Of a DNA stretch of 64,000 nt, positions 24,961 to 38,729 are shown one piece after another. The notes under the pieces were generated by a model, which worked only from the letters and a program-made list of their open reading frames with translations, had not been told where the DNA came from and ran no database searches. Positions within the stretch are counted from its first letter, which is position 1. Each line of letters starts with the position of its first letter. The translations under genes and the position numbers were made by a program. The DNA is from Eledone cirrhosa (lineage: Eukaryota): NCBI GenBank assembly GCA_964016885.1, contig OZ024743.1, positions 313,100,001 to 313,164,000 on the forward strand. Direction: 5' to 3'.

Positions 24961-27900
24961 ATGTCCTGGGTATGACATTAAACTACATCCAGTGGCAAGG
25001 CTCCAGTTCGGGAGTTCAGGAGATGTGGGGAATGTGGAGTTACCCCTTAGTTGTCATGACTCCCAGGTCTGCCCTGGCCCGGGGTGGTAGTACCTGTTAG
25101 GGCTCCATTTATGGGTTAAATAACTACCTTATTCGAGTGGCGCCGGTAAGGTATTGTCAGCCATTGAAAAGAAATATGGAGAGTCGATCTACCAGCACTA
25201 GGGTTAGAGCCCCTAATTACACTGTCAAGGAGCAGCCTGGTCGTTATGACTCTGCTGGCTTAGAGCCACAGAGAGGGCTAGTGGATGATGGATCAGCTGT
25301 CTCTGAGACAAATATAAAGAATGCAGTTTTGTCCTGCAGAAGAGCCATCAAAATGGGCACTTTGAATGTGAGGACTATTCGGACGCTGGAGAAGAGAGAG
25401 GAGTTGGGACTTCTGTTCGAGGAGAGTAGTATACAGATACTTGCGATCCAAGAACACAGTATTCTACACGATGAGCCCGTGAGGAGTGTCATGATTGGGA
25501 AGAAGAGCCAGCTCATCACTACATCGGCAGTGAAGAACAGAACAAATGCTGCAGTAGGAGGAGTGGGTTTTGTGTTCAGTGCAAAAACCAATCTGTTGGT
25601 GAGGGAAATAATGCCTATCTCCCCGCGAGTGTTGAGGGTGACCTTCAATGGAAACCCAAGACTGACAGTGATCTCAGCCTATAGTCCAACCGAGGGGGAC
25701 AGCGATGTGAATGCGGAAGAGTTCCATGAGGAGGTGTGTAGAGCTGTCAACACCACTCAGGCACACAATATCCTGCTTATTTTGGGGGACTTCAATGCAC
25801 ACCTGAGTAAGGAGGGCAGTAAAGATCCTTGCTGGTACTTCCATAACAACACCAACCGAAATGGAAGACTACTGAGAGACACCCAGCTGGAGGCGAACTT
25901 GATGGCGACCAACCTAAGGTTTAGGAAGAATCTGGGGAAGATGTGGACCTACATCTCAGATATGCATCTGTCCAAGTCCCAGATTGATTTCATTCTGGTG
26001 AGGAAAAAGTAGCAGAATAGTGTTCTGAACACGGAACCATACAGCTATTTCAGTACACTGGGTAGTGACCACCGGCTTCTTATGAGTGAGGTCCGCGTGA
26101 GCTTAAGAAAGAGCAAGGCTCAGCCCTGGAGAACAATCTATGACTGGGGAGCTTTCAAGGAAGATGATAAGCTACAGGAGAGGTTCACAGTGGAAGTGAG
26201 AAACAGGTTTAGTGCTCTGTGTGGAGAGTCAGAGGAGAGAGAGATTGGATGGACTGAGGAGAGTGTGACGAGGAAGTACGGGCACTTCACCAATGCAGTG
26301 GCGGGTGCAAGTGAAACCCTGGTGCCGAGGAAAAAGAATAAAGGGAAGCACGTCAGCTCTGCAAACCCAAAAGTGTGTGCAGCCAGAGAACACCTGAAAG
26401 CTGCCAGGGACCAATTCTATGCTGATCCTACGGAGGAGAGGATGGAGACTGTGGAGGTGATGAGGGAAGAGCTCTGTACCGCTTACACTGAGGTCAGAGA
26501 GGAGGCACTGATAGAGAAGATCAGAAGTGTGGAGAGAGCGGTTGACAGATCTGGATGTAAGGAGAGCTGGATGATCATCAACGAGATCACAGGGAGGAAG
26601 AGAAGGTATTCGAGTCAGATCCAGGGAACGGGGCCCGAGGATAGGAAGAGGAAATGGCTAGACCATTTTAGGACCCTACTAGGAGAGCCACCCTCCACAG
26701 CCCAGAGCACTGGGGAGATCAGGCGGCTGTTTGAGGAACTGGATGTTGAGACAGAGCCCTTCACCAGAGAGGAGCTTCAGAGAGCCAAGAAGAGGATCAA
26801 GGAGGGCAAGGCTCATGGAGAAGATGGAGTGGCATCAGAGGTGATGAAGAGGTGTGATTTTGATGATATCATCCTGGGGTTCTGTAACGGGGAACTGGAG
26901 AAAGGAGTCGCCCCGAATCAGTGGAGGATCAGTAACATCGTCCCAGTGCCAAACTACCGGGGGATCTCACTGACGTCACTTGTGGCAAAGAACCTCAACA
27001 GAATGATTCTTAACAGGATCCAGCCAGCCTTAGATGGAGAAGAAGCTGAGGGACAACCAGAACGGCTTCAGAGAGGGTAGATCAACCACCAGTCACATCC
27101 TGACGCTGAGGAGGATATTAGAGGGAGCTAGAGCAAAGTGCCTTCCTGCGGTCATGGTTTTCATTGACTTTAGGAAGGCCTTTGATTCTGTGGACCGTTA
27201 CTGCCTGATGAAGATCTTACAGGCTTATGGAATCCCCAAGAAGATAGTGGACCTGATATCACTGCTCTACACCAACACCAAAGCCCAAGTCATTACACCT
27301 GATGGGATGACAGAGTTCTTTGAGATACTGGCTGGAGTGCTCCAGGGAGATACATTGGCTCCCTACCTTTTTATCATCGTAGTGGACTATTGTATGCGCC
27401 TTGCACTGGAGAAACACCAGGACTCTGGCTTTACTGTAGCACCGGCTCAGAGCAGGAGAGTTAGGGCGAAAAAGGTATCGGATGCTGAATTTGCCGACGA
27501 CATAGTTTTGGTGACAAATACAGTGAAGGAGGCAGAGGATTTGATGCGGGAGGTTGAGACTGTGTCGATGAGTGTGGGGCTGAGAATGAATGAGACTAAA
27601 ACAAAATATCTGGTAGAGAATGTTGAGAAGCCAGAGGGGATCACTAATGTAGGCGGGAAGCAGCTGGAATTGGTTGAGGACTTCCTGTATTTGGGAGCAA
27701 GGATTGGGAATACGGAAGATGATGTGGTTGAGAGGAAGAGCAAGGCCTGGGCGGCGTGCCACAGCTTGAGATGGGTGTGGAAGTCGGACCTTCGTAGAGA
27801 CCTGAAAATCCGCCTCTTCATTGCTGTAGTGGAGTCTGTGCTGCTGTATGGGTCTGAGACTTGGACACTGACCAAGAAACTCACTCAGATGGTGGATGGG

Positions 27901-28260
27901 TGCTACACGAGAGTGCTGAGGATGGCTCTGAACATTAATCAGTATACACTGAGGATGAAAAACTCAGAGCTGTATGGGAGCATCCCAAAAGTCAGCTCAA
28001 AAGTGACACAGAGGAGACTGAGGTTGGCTGGACATGCTCACCGAGATCCAGAGTTGACATTGCACTCAGTGCTCCTTTGGGAGCCCCTACATGGACACAC
28101 TAGAAGAGGAAGACCAAGGTTAACGTATGTTGATGCCCTAAGGACAGACACTTCTCTGTTGGAGATGCAGGACATGGCAGCGATAATGAGGGACAGAGAC
28201 CGCTTGAGAGAACTCGTCCATGGATCTCGGGAATTTTACCCGCCTTAGATAGATAGATAT
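24961..28260 (+). mobile_element. Near full-length RTE-clade LINE (APE + RT), inactivated
   Basis: GTLNVRT, IQEH, GDFNA, QIDFIL, SDH (APE); FIDFRKAFDS, GVLQGD, FADD (RT); stop at 26010-26012 (likely TGG to TAG), small deletion near 26950, frameshift near 27035; (GATA)n tail. Confidence 0.95.
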
Positions 28261-28432
28261 ATGTATATATTATATATATATGTATATATTATATATATAT
28301 ATATGTATATATTATATGTATATATATTATATATATATGTATATATTATATATATGTATATATTCTGTATATATGATATATATATATGTATATTATATAT
28401 ATATATATATGTATATATTATATATATATATA

Positions 28433-30982
28433 GAGTCGTACAATGTAGAGGAACAGTGGGAATTCCTGAAAGCTAACCTGCTGAAGGCGGCAGCTGAAGT
28501 CTGTGGCTGGAGCAGGCCCATAGGCAGGAGGAGAGTAACGTGGTGGTGGAACAGTAAGGTGGAGGAGTCAATTAAGGCTAAAAAGCAGGCTTGGAAAGTA
28601 TGGCGGGATGGGGAAGTAGAGAAGACTATCAAGTGGCCAGGAGGGAAGCTAGGAGACAAGTGTACTTCGCAAGAAGGGAAGCAGAGGAAAGAAAGTTCAA
28701 TCATGTTCTACAACGCGAGGACCAAAAACGTGAGGTGTTCAAGATTGCTAGGCAATGTGTCAAGGAAAACCGTGATATTGTCGGGGAGAAGTGTGTCCTT
28801 AATGAAGTGTGTCCTTAATGATGATGATGATGGTGCCATCACTGACGCTGATAAGAAGGTAGCTTGGAAGTGTCACTACGAAAGGCTACTAAATGAGGAG
28901 AATAAATTGGAGGAAGACATTCTCCCCCATATCGATCCAATAGGGGGACCAGCAGTGCTAGTTGAAGGTAGTATAATAAGTAAGGCAATCAAAGATATGA
29001 AGGCGGGCAAGGCGGCTGGGCCTTCGGAAATAGTTGCTGAAATGCTGAAAGCATCTGGAACGGTGGGACACACTATGGTCACCCGGATAGTAAACCAAGT
29101 CATACAGAATTGGGCCGTTCCGAAGGACTGGCGTAGCAGCATCATCATTAACTGCTACAAGGGTAAAGGAGATGCTCTTGATAGGGGTAACTATAGAGGC
29201 ATTAAATTAATTGACCAGGTCATGAAGGTCACAGAAAAAGTAATAGCGCAACTAATCAGAGAACGAATTGATCTAGATGAAATGCAGTTCGGGTTTGTGT
29301 CAGGTAAAAGTACCACATACACTCTTTTCATTGTACGACAACTACAGGAGAAGTACCTAGCTAAAAGTAAACCCCTGTACTCAGCTTTTGTTGATTTGGA
29401 GAAAGCCTTTGACAGAGTCCCCGCTCCATTATCTGGTGGGCTCTTAGAAAACTAGGTGTTGATGAATGGCTTGTGAGAGCTATACAAGCCATGTATAAAG
29501 AAACAGTCAGCAAGGTGAGTTTAGCGTAAAAGTTGGTGTTCATCAGGGCTCCGTTCTTAGCCCCCTACTATTTATTATTGCCCTTCAGGCTATCACAGAG
29601 GAGTTCAATACCGGCTGCCCATGGGAACTCCTATATGCAGATGATCTAACGCTCATAGCTGTATAAATGGCTGAATTAGAGAAGAAATTCCAAACATGGA
29701 ATGGAAGCATGGCCTAGAATCAAAAGGCCTTAAAGTTAACTTGTCTAAGACTAAAGTTCTAGTTTGTAGGAGGGAAAATCGGGCACCGGTCCCATCTGGG
29801 AAATGGCCATGCTCAGTGCGTGGGAAAGGAGTAGGTAGAAACTCCATTTTATGTCCCAAATGCAAAGTATGGGTGCATAAAAGATGTAGTGGGATCACAG
29901 GTAAGCTAACTAAGAATATAGATTTTATATGTGGCCGGTGCTCAGGTGCAATAAGTAGCAGCAAGTGCCCACAGAATACTAGCTCATTCCATTGCACAGG
30001 TGGTTCTATAGAAATAGTGGACACCTTCCGTTACCTGGGTGACAAAATCAGCAGTGGGGGAGGGTGCTCTGAAAGTACAGTAGCTAGAGTCAGAACGGGA
30101 TGGAAAATGTTCAGAGAGCTTTTACCACTATTGGCCGCTAAAGGGTTCTCTCTAAAAATGAAAGGCAGGTTGTATGATGCCTGCATACGAACAGCAATGT
30201 TACATGGCAGTGAGACTTGGGCATTGTGTGCAGAGGATATACGCAGATTGGCGAGGAACGAAGCTAGCATGCTCCGCTGGATGTGTAATAGTAATATACG
30301 TGAAGGGCAAAGCATAAACGAACTAAGGGAGAAATTAGGAATAAGAGGGATCAGAAGTTGTTTACTCGAGAGAAGACTACGTTGGTACAGTCACGTGATG
30401 CGCATGAAAGACGACAGCTGTATAAAAAATTGCAGGGGATAAAAATAGACGGTAGCCACGGAGTAGGCAGACCCAGAAAAACCTGGGACGACTTGATAAA
30501 TTTCGACCTCACACACTTACACCTCTCCAAGACAATGTCACTGGACCGAGATCTTTGGTGCTACACAGTCATACAGAAGACCCGCCTTGCCTAAGCGCAA
30601 AGCGAAACCTACAGTCAGTAGGCACGTCTGACAAAATACACCGCGTCCCACTACCCCCACCCCATCCACACCCCCCTTAAATGTGAAGTTATGTTGGTAC
30701 CACAACATCCAGTCCGAAACAAATGAGGTCGTGTAGGTGTTACGACAAAAAAAAAACACACAGTCCACGCTGTAATGTGGCCGTGTAGGTAACACGGTAA
30801 AAACCTCCCAGTCCACACTGTAAACATGGTTGGTGTTAGGAAGGGCATCCAGCTGTAGAAAACCCGCCAGACAGTCCTATACGAGCAGGACAACCAATCT
30901 TGCCTCAAGTGGGAAAACTCCCGTCCAAACCCATGTAAGCGTGGAAGGTGGACGTTAAACGATGATGATGATGATGATAATG
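28433..30982 (+). mobile_element. 5'-truncated RTE-type LINE with PHD-like finger, degraded
   Basis: VTWWWN, NYRGIKL, FVDLEKAFDRV, YADD, WPCSV..CPKCKVWVHKRC..CGRC; frameshifts; (GAT)n tail. Confidence 0.95.
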
Positions 30983-32169
30983 ATATATATGTATATATTA
31001 TGTATATATTATATATATATATGTATATATTATATATATATATGTATATATTATATATATATGTATATATTATATATATGTATATATTATATATATATGT
31101 ATATCTATATATATAAAGGGAAGATGGACATTGTTTGGTGTTCGGAACTTGCATGCTACACCGTTCATCCAATTTTCATGAAACCTCACACATATATAAA
31201 ACTCAACGCGTAGAGTGGAATAGGCTACTTGAAATTTCCGAAAAATCGATAATCGGGCCCTATGACAGAATGTTTTTCGATTCCAATGAAATTTTATGTG
31301 AATTCGAACACAAGAACTCTTAGTTTACATCTGGCGCAATAAAAATAAATTTCATATGCCCATATAAGGACGTGCGTTATTGATTGGACGGCCAGCTGCA
31401 TGTCTTCCCAGCTGTCTCAGTAAACGACCGACCATTAAAGAGTTTATCTTTTCATATTCCACCTTATTCAAGTGGAAATACAGTATTATCCCTATCTGAA
31501 AAGGGAACCAAATTTAATGGTGTCTTTTGTGATGCTAAAAGCTGTGAGTAAATTTTCAAAGTCTTAAATAATCATGCTTTTTGAAAAAAAAATTACTAAA
31601 TAATACGTTGACCAAGTTGTATTGTACACATACAAAGTTGTAAAAAATGTTACGTCGTACCAATGTTTTCCTTTTTTAAACAGAAGATTCTAAAAAATTA
31701 CTTAATTTATAATACAGTCTTTTGCACAGGAAGTGAGTAACTTTTCGGGTGTTTAAACGTAAGTTCACCAGGGTTTGTGTCTTCATTATTAGCCCACCTC
31801 TAATGGCATTTTTTGTTATGCTTACGACTAAATGTTATGAGCGTATTTGCAGTTAATTGCGCACACGTGCACACCTGCATGCAGATAGACAGACAGCCAA
31901 TAAAAAATCGATAACTTGCTTATTAAGATATCGGTCAAAAAGAGAGATTGAATGTACTTTAGAACATTTTTTGAATATATTGTTCTTTTTGGCATGATAT
32001 GTCAGAAATATAGCTACTATACACTTTGGTTGTTTTTTGTAACTAAAATCGGTTCCTTTTGGGTGGATACTTAACGAGAAAAATCCTAGGGTTTTGGACA
32101 AGTTTGTTTCAGGCGCTGTATAGACGCCTATTTTGTCACACCTTGGTCATGAATTCGTATTCTTTTCCA

Positions 32170-32430
32170 ATAGATATTTTCCGCTCTATAAGGCTCACCA
32201 GGATATAAGGCGTATCATTTAAAATCAGGTCCGCGCAACAGGGTGTAAGGCCAACCAGGAAAATGCTATCTTCTTTACTTTTAGTCTAGATCTATTACTT
32301 CTGTTAGAGCCGTGAATGATTACCATTGTATTATTTATACATAAGGCTCACCGGAGTATAAAGCGCAGAGCTGTTTTTTGATTAAATTTAATTATTTTAA
32401 GTGCAATTTATAGACCGGAAAATTCGGTAA
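32170..32430. mobile_element. Tc2/pogo-like MITE nested in the Helitron
   Basis: Decayed TIRs tattttccgctctataag / tttatagaccggaaaattcggta and internal ataaggctcacc.g..tataa repeats. Confidence 0.6.
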
Positions 32431-32551
32431 GTTATTGTAATCATATTTCCAAACCTTCCCATTCACCAGTAACCATGCTAACGAATCTGGTGTCATCTCT
32501 CTCTGTATTTAATCACCTCTCTCTAACCTAACAGCTTCGTTACACGTCGTT

Positions 32552-33110
32552 ATGCCCACACGGAAACGTTCAAGACTTACCTCCAAAAAAGGTACAGTTA
32601 CTGCTTTGAGACAACAAATTAGGCGTTCTCAGGTATGAGTTCATTCACAATTGATTAATCCTTTATGCAATATTCTCCCTTAATGTTAGCAAGTACTGCG
32701 TTTATCCTAACTGTCACCACTTTTAAGCAACTACAACATTCTAATCGTAGTTATATTAAATTTATTGTCTTACCTTGATTCCCTTTTGTTCATGTTAGAC
32801 TTTTCTTATTTACTACTGACACTGCCATTGGCTTAGCTAACCAGTAGAATTAATTAATTTTCTCTAGGAAACACCTGCTGAGCGCGAATCTCGACTCGCT
32901 GATAGACGTCTTTCCCGGCTGGTTGAGTCACCAACATCACGTACGACAAGGCTTGCTGATGTTCGCCTTCGTCGCCAACAAGCGCTGACGGAGGAATCAC
33001 CCACATCCCGTCAGACGAGGCTTGAGGCTGTGGCAAAGGGCAATAACCCTAGATACAATTTTGATCAACTTTTTTTCACCTATAGCAAATTTACCGGGAC
33101 AGGTTTTTAG
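32552..33110 (+). pseudogene. Spliced Helitron RepHel N-terminus with STPR-like repeats (exons 32552-32632 and 32868 onward)
   Basis: MPTRKRSRLTSKKGTVTALRQQIRRSQ|GTATGA...gctaac...ttttctctAG|ETPAERESRLADRR..ESPTSRTTRLADVR..EESPTSRQTRLEA; phase-0 intron. Confidence 0.7.
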
Positions 33111-33670
33111 CTACTCAAATCTACTTCAGAGATCACGCATTGATGTAAAAAATCAATAAAACAAGGCAAAGTTACACATGGGAAAGCTTTTTACAGGAAC
33201 GTCCTATATTCTTGAAAACTGTCACAAAAGACTCGCCATTATGCCGCGGTTAAGATAAAGGCCCTTTTAATTCTTCTTCTGCACATGTGAGCGCAAAAAT
33301 TGTAAACAAAAAAGAACCCTGAAAGTAATCGACATTTTCACCCTGCTTTAAATTAACTGAACATTCAATATCATGCGATTTTGACTTCCGTCAGTCGTGC
33401 AGAGAACAATTTCAACGATACACTGTGTAACTACAATTAATAAATTACACACCTGTGTCTACTAACCTATATTTTTTCATTGAAGTTCGAAGTTTTGAAC
33501 CTGTGATGCGCGGGAAGTAACTTTCACACATTCTAACAGACCAAAGGTCGACTTACACCCGGGAAACGCCGGGTACTTCTGCTAGTATTATATATATATA
33601 TATGTATATATTATATATATATATGTATATATTATATATATATGTATATATTATATATATATGTATATAT

Positions 33671-33702
<32 letters not shown>

Positions 33703-33732
33703 ATATGTATATATTACATATATATATATAGT

Positions 33733-35745
33733 GACGTCCTGTTCAACGGTTGGTCCAGCTCCCAATGCCAAAGTTTGGTGCTAGTCCCTCCAGGATTTTC
33801 CACATGTAGATCACTGCGTATCTCTCCCGTCTTCGTTCCAATGAGTAGAGGTTCAGTTCTTTTAGCTTCTCCCAGTAGCTTATCTCCTTCATCGTCGCAA
33901 TCCTCTTGGTGTAGCTTCGCTGGATTGCCTCAAGCTCCGTGGTTAGTTTGACACTATGGGGTGACCACAACTGGGAGCAATAGTCCAGGCGGCTTAGGAC
34001 AAATGTCCTCCATAGTGTCAACATGGTGTCTCGGTCTCTTGTCCGGAAAGTCATCAAGATCCAGCCATCGAGTCGTCTGCACATTGTCGCCACTTTCATG
34101 ATGTGTGAGGAAAAAGATGCATCATCGCTCATGTCTATACCCAGGTCTCATATCGATTTCGACACGGGGATACCGGTCCCTCCTGGTCCGGCGTAACTGT
34201 GTTGTACTGTATTTGTGTTTGCAGGTTTGTATTGTAGGGCTTGGAAGTTACCAGCATTAAACTGCATGTTGTTGTCTTCCGCCCATTTGTATATGACATC
34301 CAGATCTTGTTGTAAAAGGGCAGCGTCAGCCGGGTTTTTGATTGCCTGTGCTACCTTAGTGTCATCAGCATAGCTAGTGAGGGATGTTGTTGTATGTACT
34401 ACAGAGGGCATGTCTGAGAGAGCCACCAAAAACATTCGTGGCCCCAGGACTCTGCCTTGGGGCACCCCACTTGTTATTGATGTTTCCTTTGAGAGGGCCC
34501 CGTTTGCTGCGACTGTCGGGCTTGTGACCTTTAAGAAGTCATGCAGCCACTCACCTAATTTTCCAGTTATGCCGAGTCCGTGTAGATTGTGACATATCAT
34601 TCCGTGGTCGACCTTGTCAAAGGCCTTCGCAAAGTCAAGATATATCACGTCCACATGTGAGCTGTCTAGTAGTTGTCTCAGTACCCAGTCGTAGTGATGT
34701 AGCAGCTGTGTAAGGGAGCTTCATCCTGCGCGAAAGCCATGCTGCGTGCTAGTCAGGCGGTCATTTTCCTCGAGGAAAGTGATCAGTTTCTTTCTGATGA
34801 TTCGCTCCATGACCTTACTGATATGTGACGTCAGGGAGACTGGCCTATAGTTTTTGGCCTCCGCTCTGCTACCTCCTTTATGGATAGGGCATATTGTGCC
34901 TTCTTTCAGCTCCCTGGGTAGTATACCGCTAGCCAAGGAGCTTCTGAAGAGCGTCTTCAGTGGAGTTGCTAAGGCCCGCTTACATGTTTTTAAGAGGACT
35001 GCTGGGAATCCATCAGGTTCAGCAGCTGAGTCTGTTCTAATTTCTTCTATGGCGTATACCACATCCTCCTCCATTATGTCTATGTGGTTGATGGTCGCCA
35101 TTTCTTCATGTAGTGTTGTGGCATCAAAGAACTCCTCTGGTTTTGTTATTTGCATGTTCCTCAGTGGACATGTGAACTCACTTTTGTACTGTTCGCTCAG
35201 TATTTCACTTTTCTCTTGGAGATTCTCGGTTAATGAACCGTCTGTATGGAAGAATGGCCCAATCTTGCAGTGTACCGAGGCAGTTTCTTTTGTAAATTTA
35301 AAGAAGGCCTTAGGGTATGTTTTAATATTTTCTATGGCCCTGCTTTCTTTCTTTGCCCTCTCATTTTCAGTGCAATCTCGGTGTCAAGTTGTGCACGTTT
35401 CAAATAGGATTCCTTCTTGTTTTTGTTTTTGTTTTCTTGTTGTGAATTCAACTGGTTTGAGAGCTTACTTCTACGTCTCATAAGGATTTTCCTATCTCTG
35501 GGAATAAGATTTTTGTGTCTGTTGGCCTTTTGATCCAGGACAAACTTTTGGCATATAGTTTGTATCGTTGTCATGAAGTGTTGAAAATGTGTATTGGTGT
35601 CTTGTATGGCTGTGTTGTCGCTCCATATTTGCCTCCAGATTTCTCTCACTCTCCCCTTTTCCAGTTAGCCTCGTAGAAGTTAAGGTTGGATAAGGTCCGC
35701 TTCTTGATGGTTGTGTCTCCATAATTGCTTCCGGATTTATCTCTT
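33733..35745 (-). mobile_element. CR1/Jockey-group LINE ORF2 remnant
   Basis: NYRPVSLTS, QHGFR, DVIYLDFAKAFDKVDH, SGVPQG, YADD, SRLDYCSQLWSP, YSLERRRERY; frameshifted and truncated at both ends. Confidence 0.92.
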
Positions 35746-35907
35746 GATAAATATATATACTATAGAGTAAAGCATGTCCAGAGAATTATTTGATAGTATA
35801 TATACATCATCTCTACTCCCGTGAAAAGTTGCCAAAACACAAATATACCTGTGACTTTGTTTAATTGGTGTATGTGATGTGTAAATATATATATATATAT
35901 ATATATA

Positions 35908-35969
<62 letters not shown>

Positions 35970-36040
35970 TATATATATATATATTATTTATATATATATA
36001 TATTATTTATATATATATATATATTATTTATATATATATT

Positions 36041-36087
<47 letters not shown>

Positions 36088-38729
36088 ATAGTGAGGAATG
36101 TACCTCCCAACATAGCTTAGTTGTCAGCGACCTCACGGTCAGAACTAGACGAACCTGGAAACAGAGGCCAATCTGGAGAAGAAAGATCTGGAAGCTGAAA
36201 GACCCCTCAGCCAGTAACAGATTTAAAGATATTTTACTCAACGCCTACGACAGTAAAGAAGAACAGATAGAGACATTCAATGTAGAAGAGCACTGGGAGT
36301 TCCTAAAAAATAACTTACTAGAGGCGACGGATGAGGTCTGTGGCTGGAGTAAGACCACAAGCAGGAGGAGAGTGACTTGGTGGTGGAACAATAAGGTAGA
36401 TGAGGCAGTTAAGGCCAAAAGACAGGCATGGAAAGAATGGAAGAACGGGGGGAGCAGGGTACATTACATAGAGAACAAGAGGGAAGCTAGGCGACAAGTA
36501 TACTCAGCTAGGAGGGAAGCAGAGGATAGAAAATTTAAGCATGTTTTACAACGTGAGGACCAGAAACAGCAGGTGTTCAAGATTGCGAGGCAGTGTGTCA
36601 GAGAGAATTGTGATGTCATTGGAGAGAAGTGTATCCGGAATGATAAAGGTGAGCTTGCCCTCACAAGTGCTGAGAAGAAAGATGCATGGAAGAGCCATTA
36701 TGATAGATTACTAAATGAGGAGAATGCATGGGAAGAAGAGACCCTACCCCAAGTACACCCTATAGAGGGGCCAGCAGTACAAGTCAGCAACAGCGTAGTA
36801 AGTAAGACAATCAAAGATATGAAGATGGGGAAGGCAACCGGTCCATCGGGTATAGCTGCCGAGATGCTGAAGGCATCTGTGTCTGTAGGTCACACTATAA
36901 CCACACGTATTGTTAACAAGGTAATACTAGAAGGTGTCATACCAAAAGATTGGTGCAGTAGCATCATTGTCAACTGCTACAAAGATAAAGGTGATGCACT
37001 AGATAGAGGAAATTATAGAGGTATGAAGCTGATGGACCAGGTCATGAAAGTAACAGAAAGAGTTATAGCACAGTTGATTAGGGACCGGGTGAAAATAGAT
37101 GAGATGCAATTTGGGTTTGTACCAGGAAGAGGCACCACTGATGCCCTCTTCCTTGTGAGGCAGTTACAGGAAAAGTACCTAGCTAAAAGTAAGCCACTCT
37201 ACCTGGCATTCGTCGATCTCGAGAAAGCCTTTGATAGAGTTCCACGTGCTGTAATCTGGTGGGCTCTTAGAAAACTAGGAGTAGATGAATGGCTTGTGAA
37301 AGCTGTACAAGCCATGTATAGTGGAGCAGTCAGCAAAGTTAGGATTAGCAATGAGTATAGCGAGGAATTTAGCGCACAGGTTGGTGTCCACCAGGGCTCT
37401 GTTCTTAGCCCTCTCCTGTTCATCATAGTCCTGCAGGCAATAACGGAGAAGTTTAAGAGCGGATGCCCATGGGAACTCCTGTATGCTGATGACCTCGCAC
37501 TTATAGCTGAATCTATGGTAGAACTAGAGAAGAAATTCCAAACTTGGAAGCAGAGAGTAGAAAGAAAGGGTCTCAAAGTCAACATGACAAAGACTAAGGT
37601 CCTTGTAAGTAGACGAGAAAACAGAACCCAGATCCCCTCAGGGAAATGGCCTTGCTCAGTATGTAGGAAAGGTGTAGGTAGAAACTCCATTCTCTGCCCC
37701 AAATGCAAACAATGGGTACACAAGAGATGTAGCGGGATCTCAGGAAGCTTAATTAAGAATGTAGGCTTCACATGCAGCAGCTGTGCTGGGACAGCAAGCA
37801 GCAAACAACCACAGGAAACAAGTACCACCAATCTCTGGGAGGGCTCTGTAGAAACAGTAGACAGCTTCTGCTACCTAGGTGACCGAATTAGCAGCGGAGG
37901 TGGGTGTTCAGAAAGTACAATAACTAGCGTAAGAACGGGATGGAAGAAGTTCAGGGAACTACTGCCACTGCTAGCTGCAAAAAACTTCTCCCTCAAAATG
38001 AAAGGCAGACTGTATGATGCGTGTATCCGAACAGCAATGTTACATGGTAGTGAGACCTGGGCGCTGAAGGTGGAAGACTTACGTAGATTAGAAAGAACCG
38101 AAGCCTGCATACTCCGATGGATGTGTAATAGTAATATACGCGAACGACAAAGCATAAATGAATTGAGAGAGAAACTGAGCATAAGAGGAATCAAATGCTG
38201 TGTGCAGGAGAGGCGGTTGCGTTGGTATGGACATGTGATGCATAAAAAGGTGCAGAGCACTAGAAGTCAATGGAAACCGCGAAGTGGGGAGACCCAAGAA
38301 GACCTGGGATGAGGTGATAAAAGCCGACCTTCCCCAATTACACCTCTCAAAGGCGATGACACACGACCGTGACCTCTGGCGTCACGCAGTTATACAGAGT
38401 ACCCGACCTCTCATGGGTACAACTGAAGATTATAGACAATATGCCCCCACACCCTCCCACTGCAAGGTGGTCGTGGAGGTGCCACAGCAAAAAAGCACCC
38501 AGCTCACACTGTAAAGTGGACGTGTAGGCGCCATGGTAAAAAAGCACCCAGTACTCACTGTAAATGAGGTTGGTGTTAGGAAGGGCATCCAGCTGTAGAA
38601 ATCAAGCCAAAATCAGTTCCTGTATGAGCAAGACATGGTCAGCCGACCAGTCACTGCCCACAACAGGACAACCCGTCTAACCCATGCTAGTATGGAAGAA
38701 CGGACGTAAAACGGTGATGATGATGATGA
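36088..38729 (+). mobile_element. 5'-truncated RTE-type LINE with PHD-like finger; RT ORF open over ~740 codons
   Basis: QHSLVVSD (APE end), RT motifs (DLEKAFD, GVHQGS, YADD), C4HC3-like CSVC..CPKC..HKRC..CSSC; small deletion near 38240; (GAT)n tail. The ORF-track N-terminus is microsatellite. Confidence 0.95.

Larger units (their letters stand above)
31104..33585 (+). mobile_element. Internally deleted Helitron (2.5 kb)
   Basis: a|TCTATATATATAAAG start, acccgg-gaaacg-ccgggt hairpin, CTAG|t end; retains RepHel N-terminal exons and C-terminal traces (QGKV..FYRNVLYS). Confidence 0.85.
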
